From assembly GCA_963693365.1 (NCBI GenBank), contig CAVNZM010000009.1, forward strand, positions 10,296,243 to 10,360,242: 64,000 nt of DNA. The letters are read 5' to 3'. Each line of letters starts with the position of its first letter. The first letter of the stretch is position 1. The notes beneath the pieces are model-generated. The model was not told the DNA's origin and searched no databases. It saw nothing but the letters and a program-made list of their open reading frames with translations. Made by a program: the position numbers and the translations under genes. This DNA is from Amoebidium appalachense (taxonomy: Eukaryota > Protista > Ichthyosporea). Below, piece by piece: positions 63,925-64,000 of the stretch.

Positions 63925-64000
63925 GAATAAATACAAACATTCCGGCACTTTCCTTCTCCTTCACACAACACACAACACACACACACACACACACACACAC
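59909..64000 (+). CDS. Pentatricopeptide-repeat (PPR) protein, probably mitochondrial; continues beyond the window
   Basis: Exon 59909-60355 starts [19 protein letters not shown] (Arg-rich, acid-free). Exons 62133-62223, 62598-62720 and 63240-63374 give consecutive ~35-aa helix pairs: [82 protein letters not shown]. Exons between 60356 and 62132 are not fully resolved. Confidence 0.8.
63061..63251 (+). repeat. Degenerate ~80-bp tandem triplication of branch point, acceptor and exon start in the PPR gene
   Basis: gct-acc-atgaa--c--cag|gat-tgggcaag, with the acceptor AG ending at 63080, 63159 and 63239. Confidence 0.9.

Overview
Eukaryotic nuclear DNA with intron-rich genes. The introns are packed with poly-G/poly-C tracts and (GT)n, (GA)n and (CACG)n microsatellites, so almost all long ORFs in the supplied track are artefacts. 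The organism cannot be fixed from the sequence; the gene content fits a unicellular opisthokont/holozoan-type protist (inference). Splicing by hand (GT-AG, phase-consistent) gives: (1) an intronless, disrupted PR/SET-domain gene at 0.6-1.5 kb; (2) a weakly supported orphan gene at 4.9-6.2 kb (-); (3) a ~21-exon MTMR9-like myotubularin pseudophosphatase (-), with five identical tRNA-Val(CAC) genes inside one intron; (4) an 11-exon, 339-aa gene (-, 28258-37162); (5) RBM26/27 (+); (6) EMC2 (-); (7) a probably mitochondrial PPR gene (+) that runs off the window. The main candidate for novelty is gene (4). Its product follows the motif order of the giant-virus (NCLDV), T7 gp2.5-like OB-fold ssDNA-binding protein and carries a mitochondrial-type presequence, suggesting a viral SSB domesticated for mtDNA metabolism. 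Other patterns are tandem duplications of splice junctions that create decoy acceptors or donors in three different genes, a 57-bp near-perfect hairpin, and a dispersed intronic repeat family. All family assignments rest on motif recognition from memory, not database searches.
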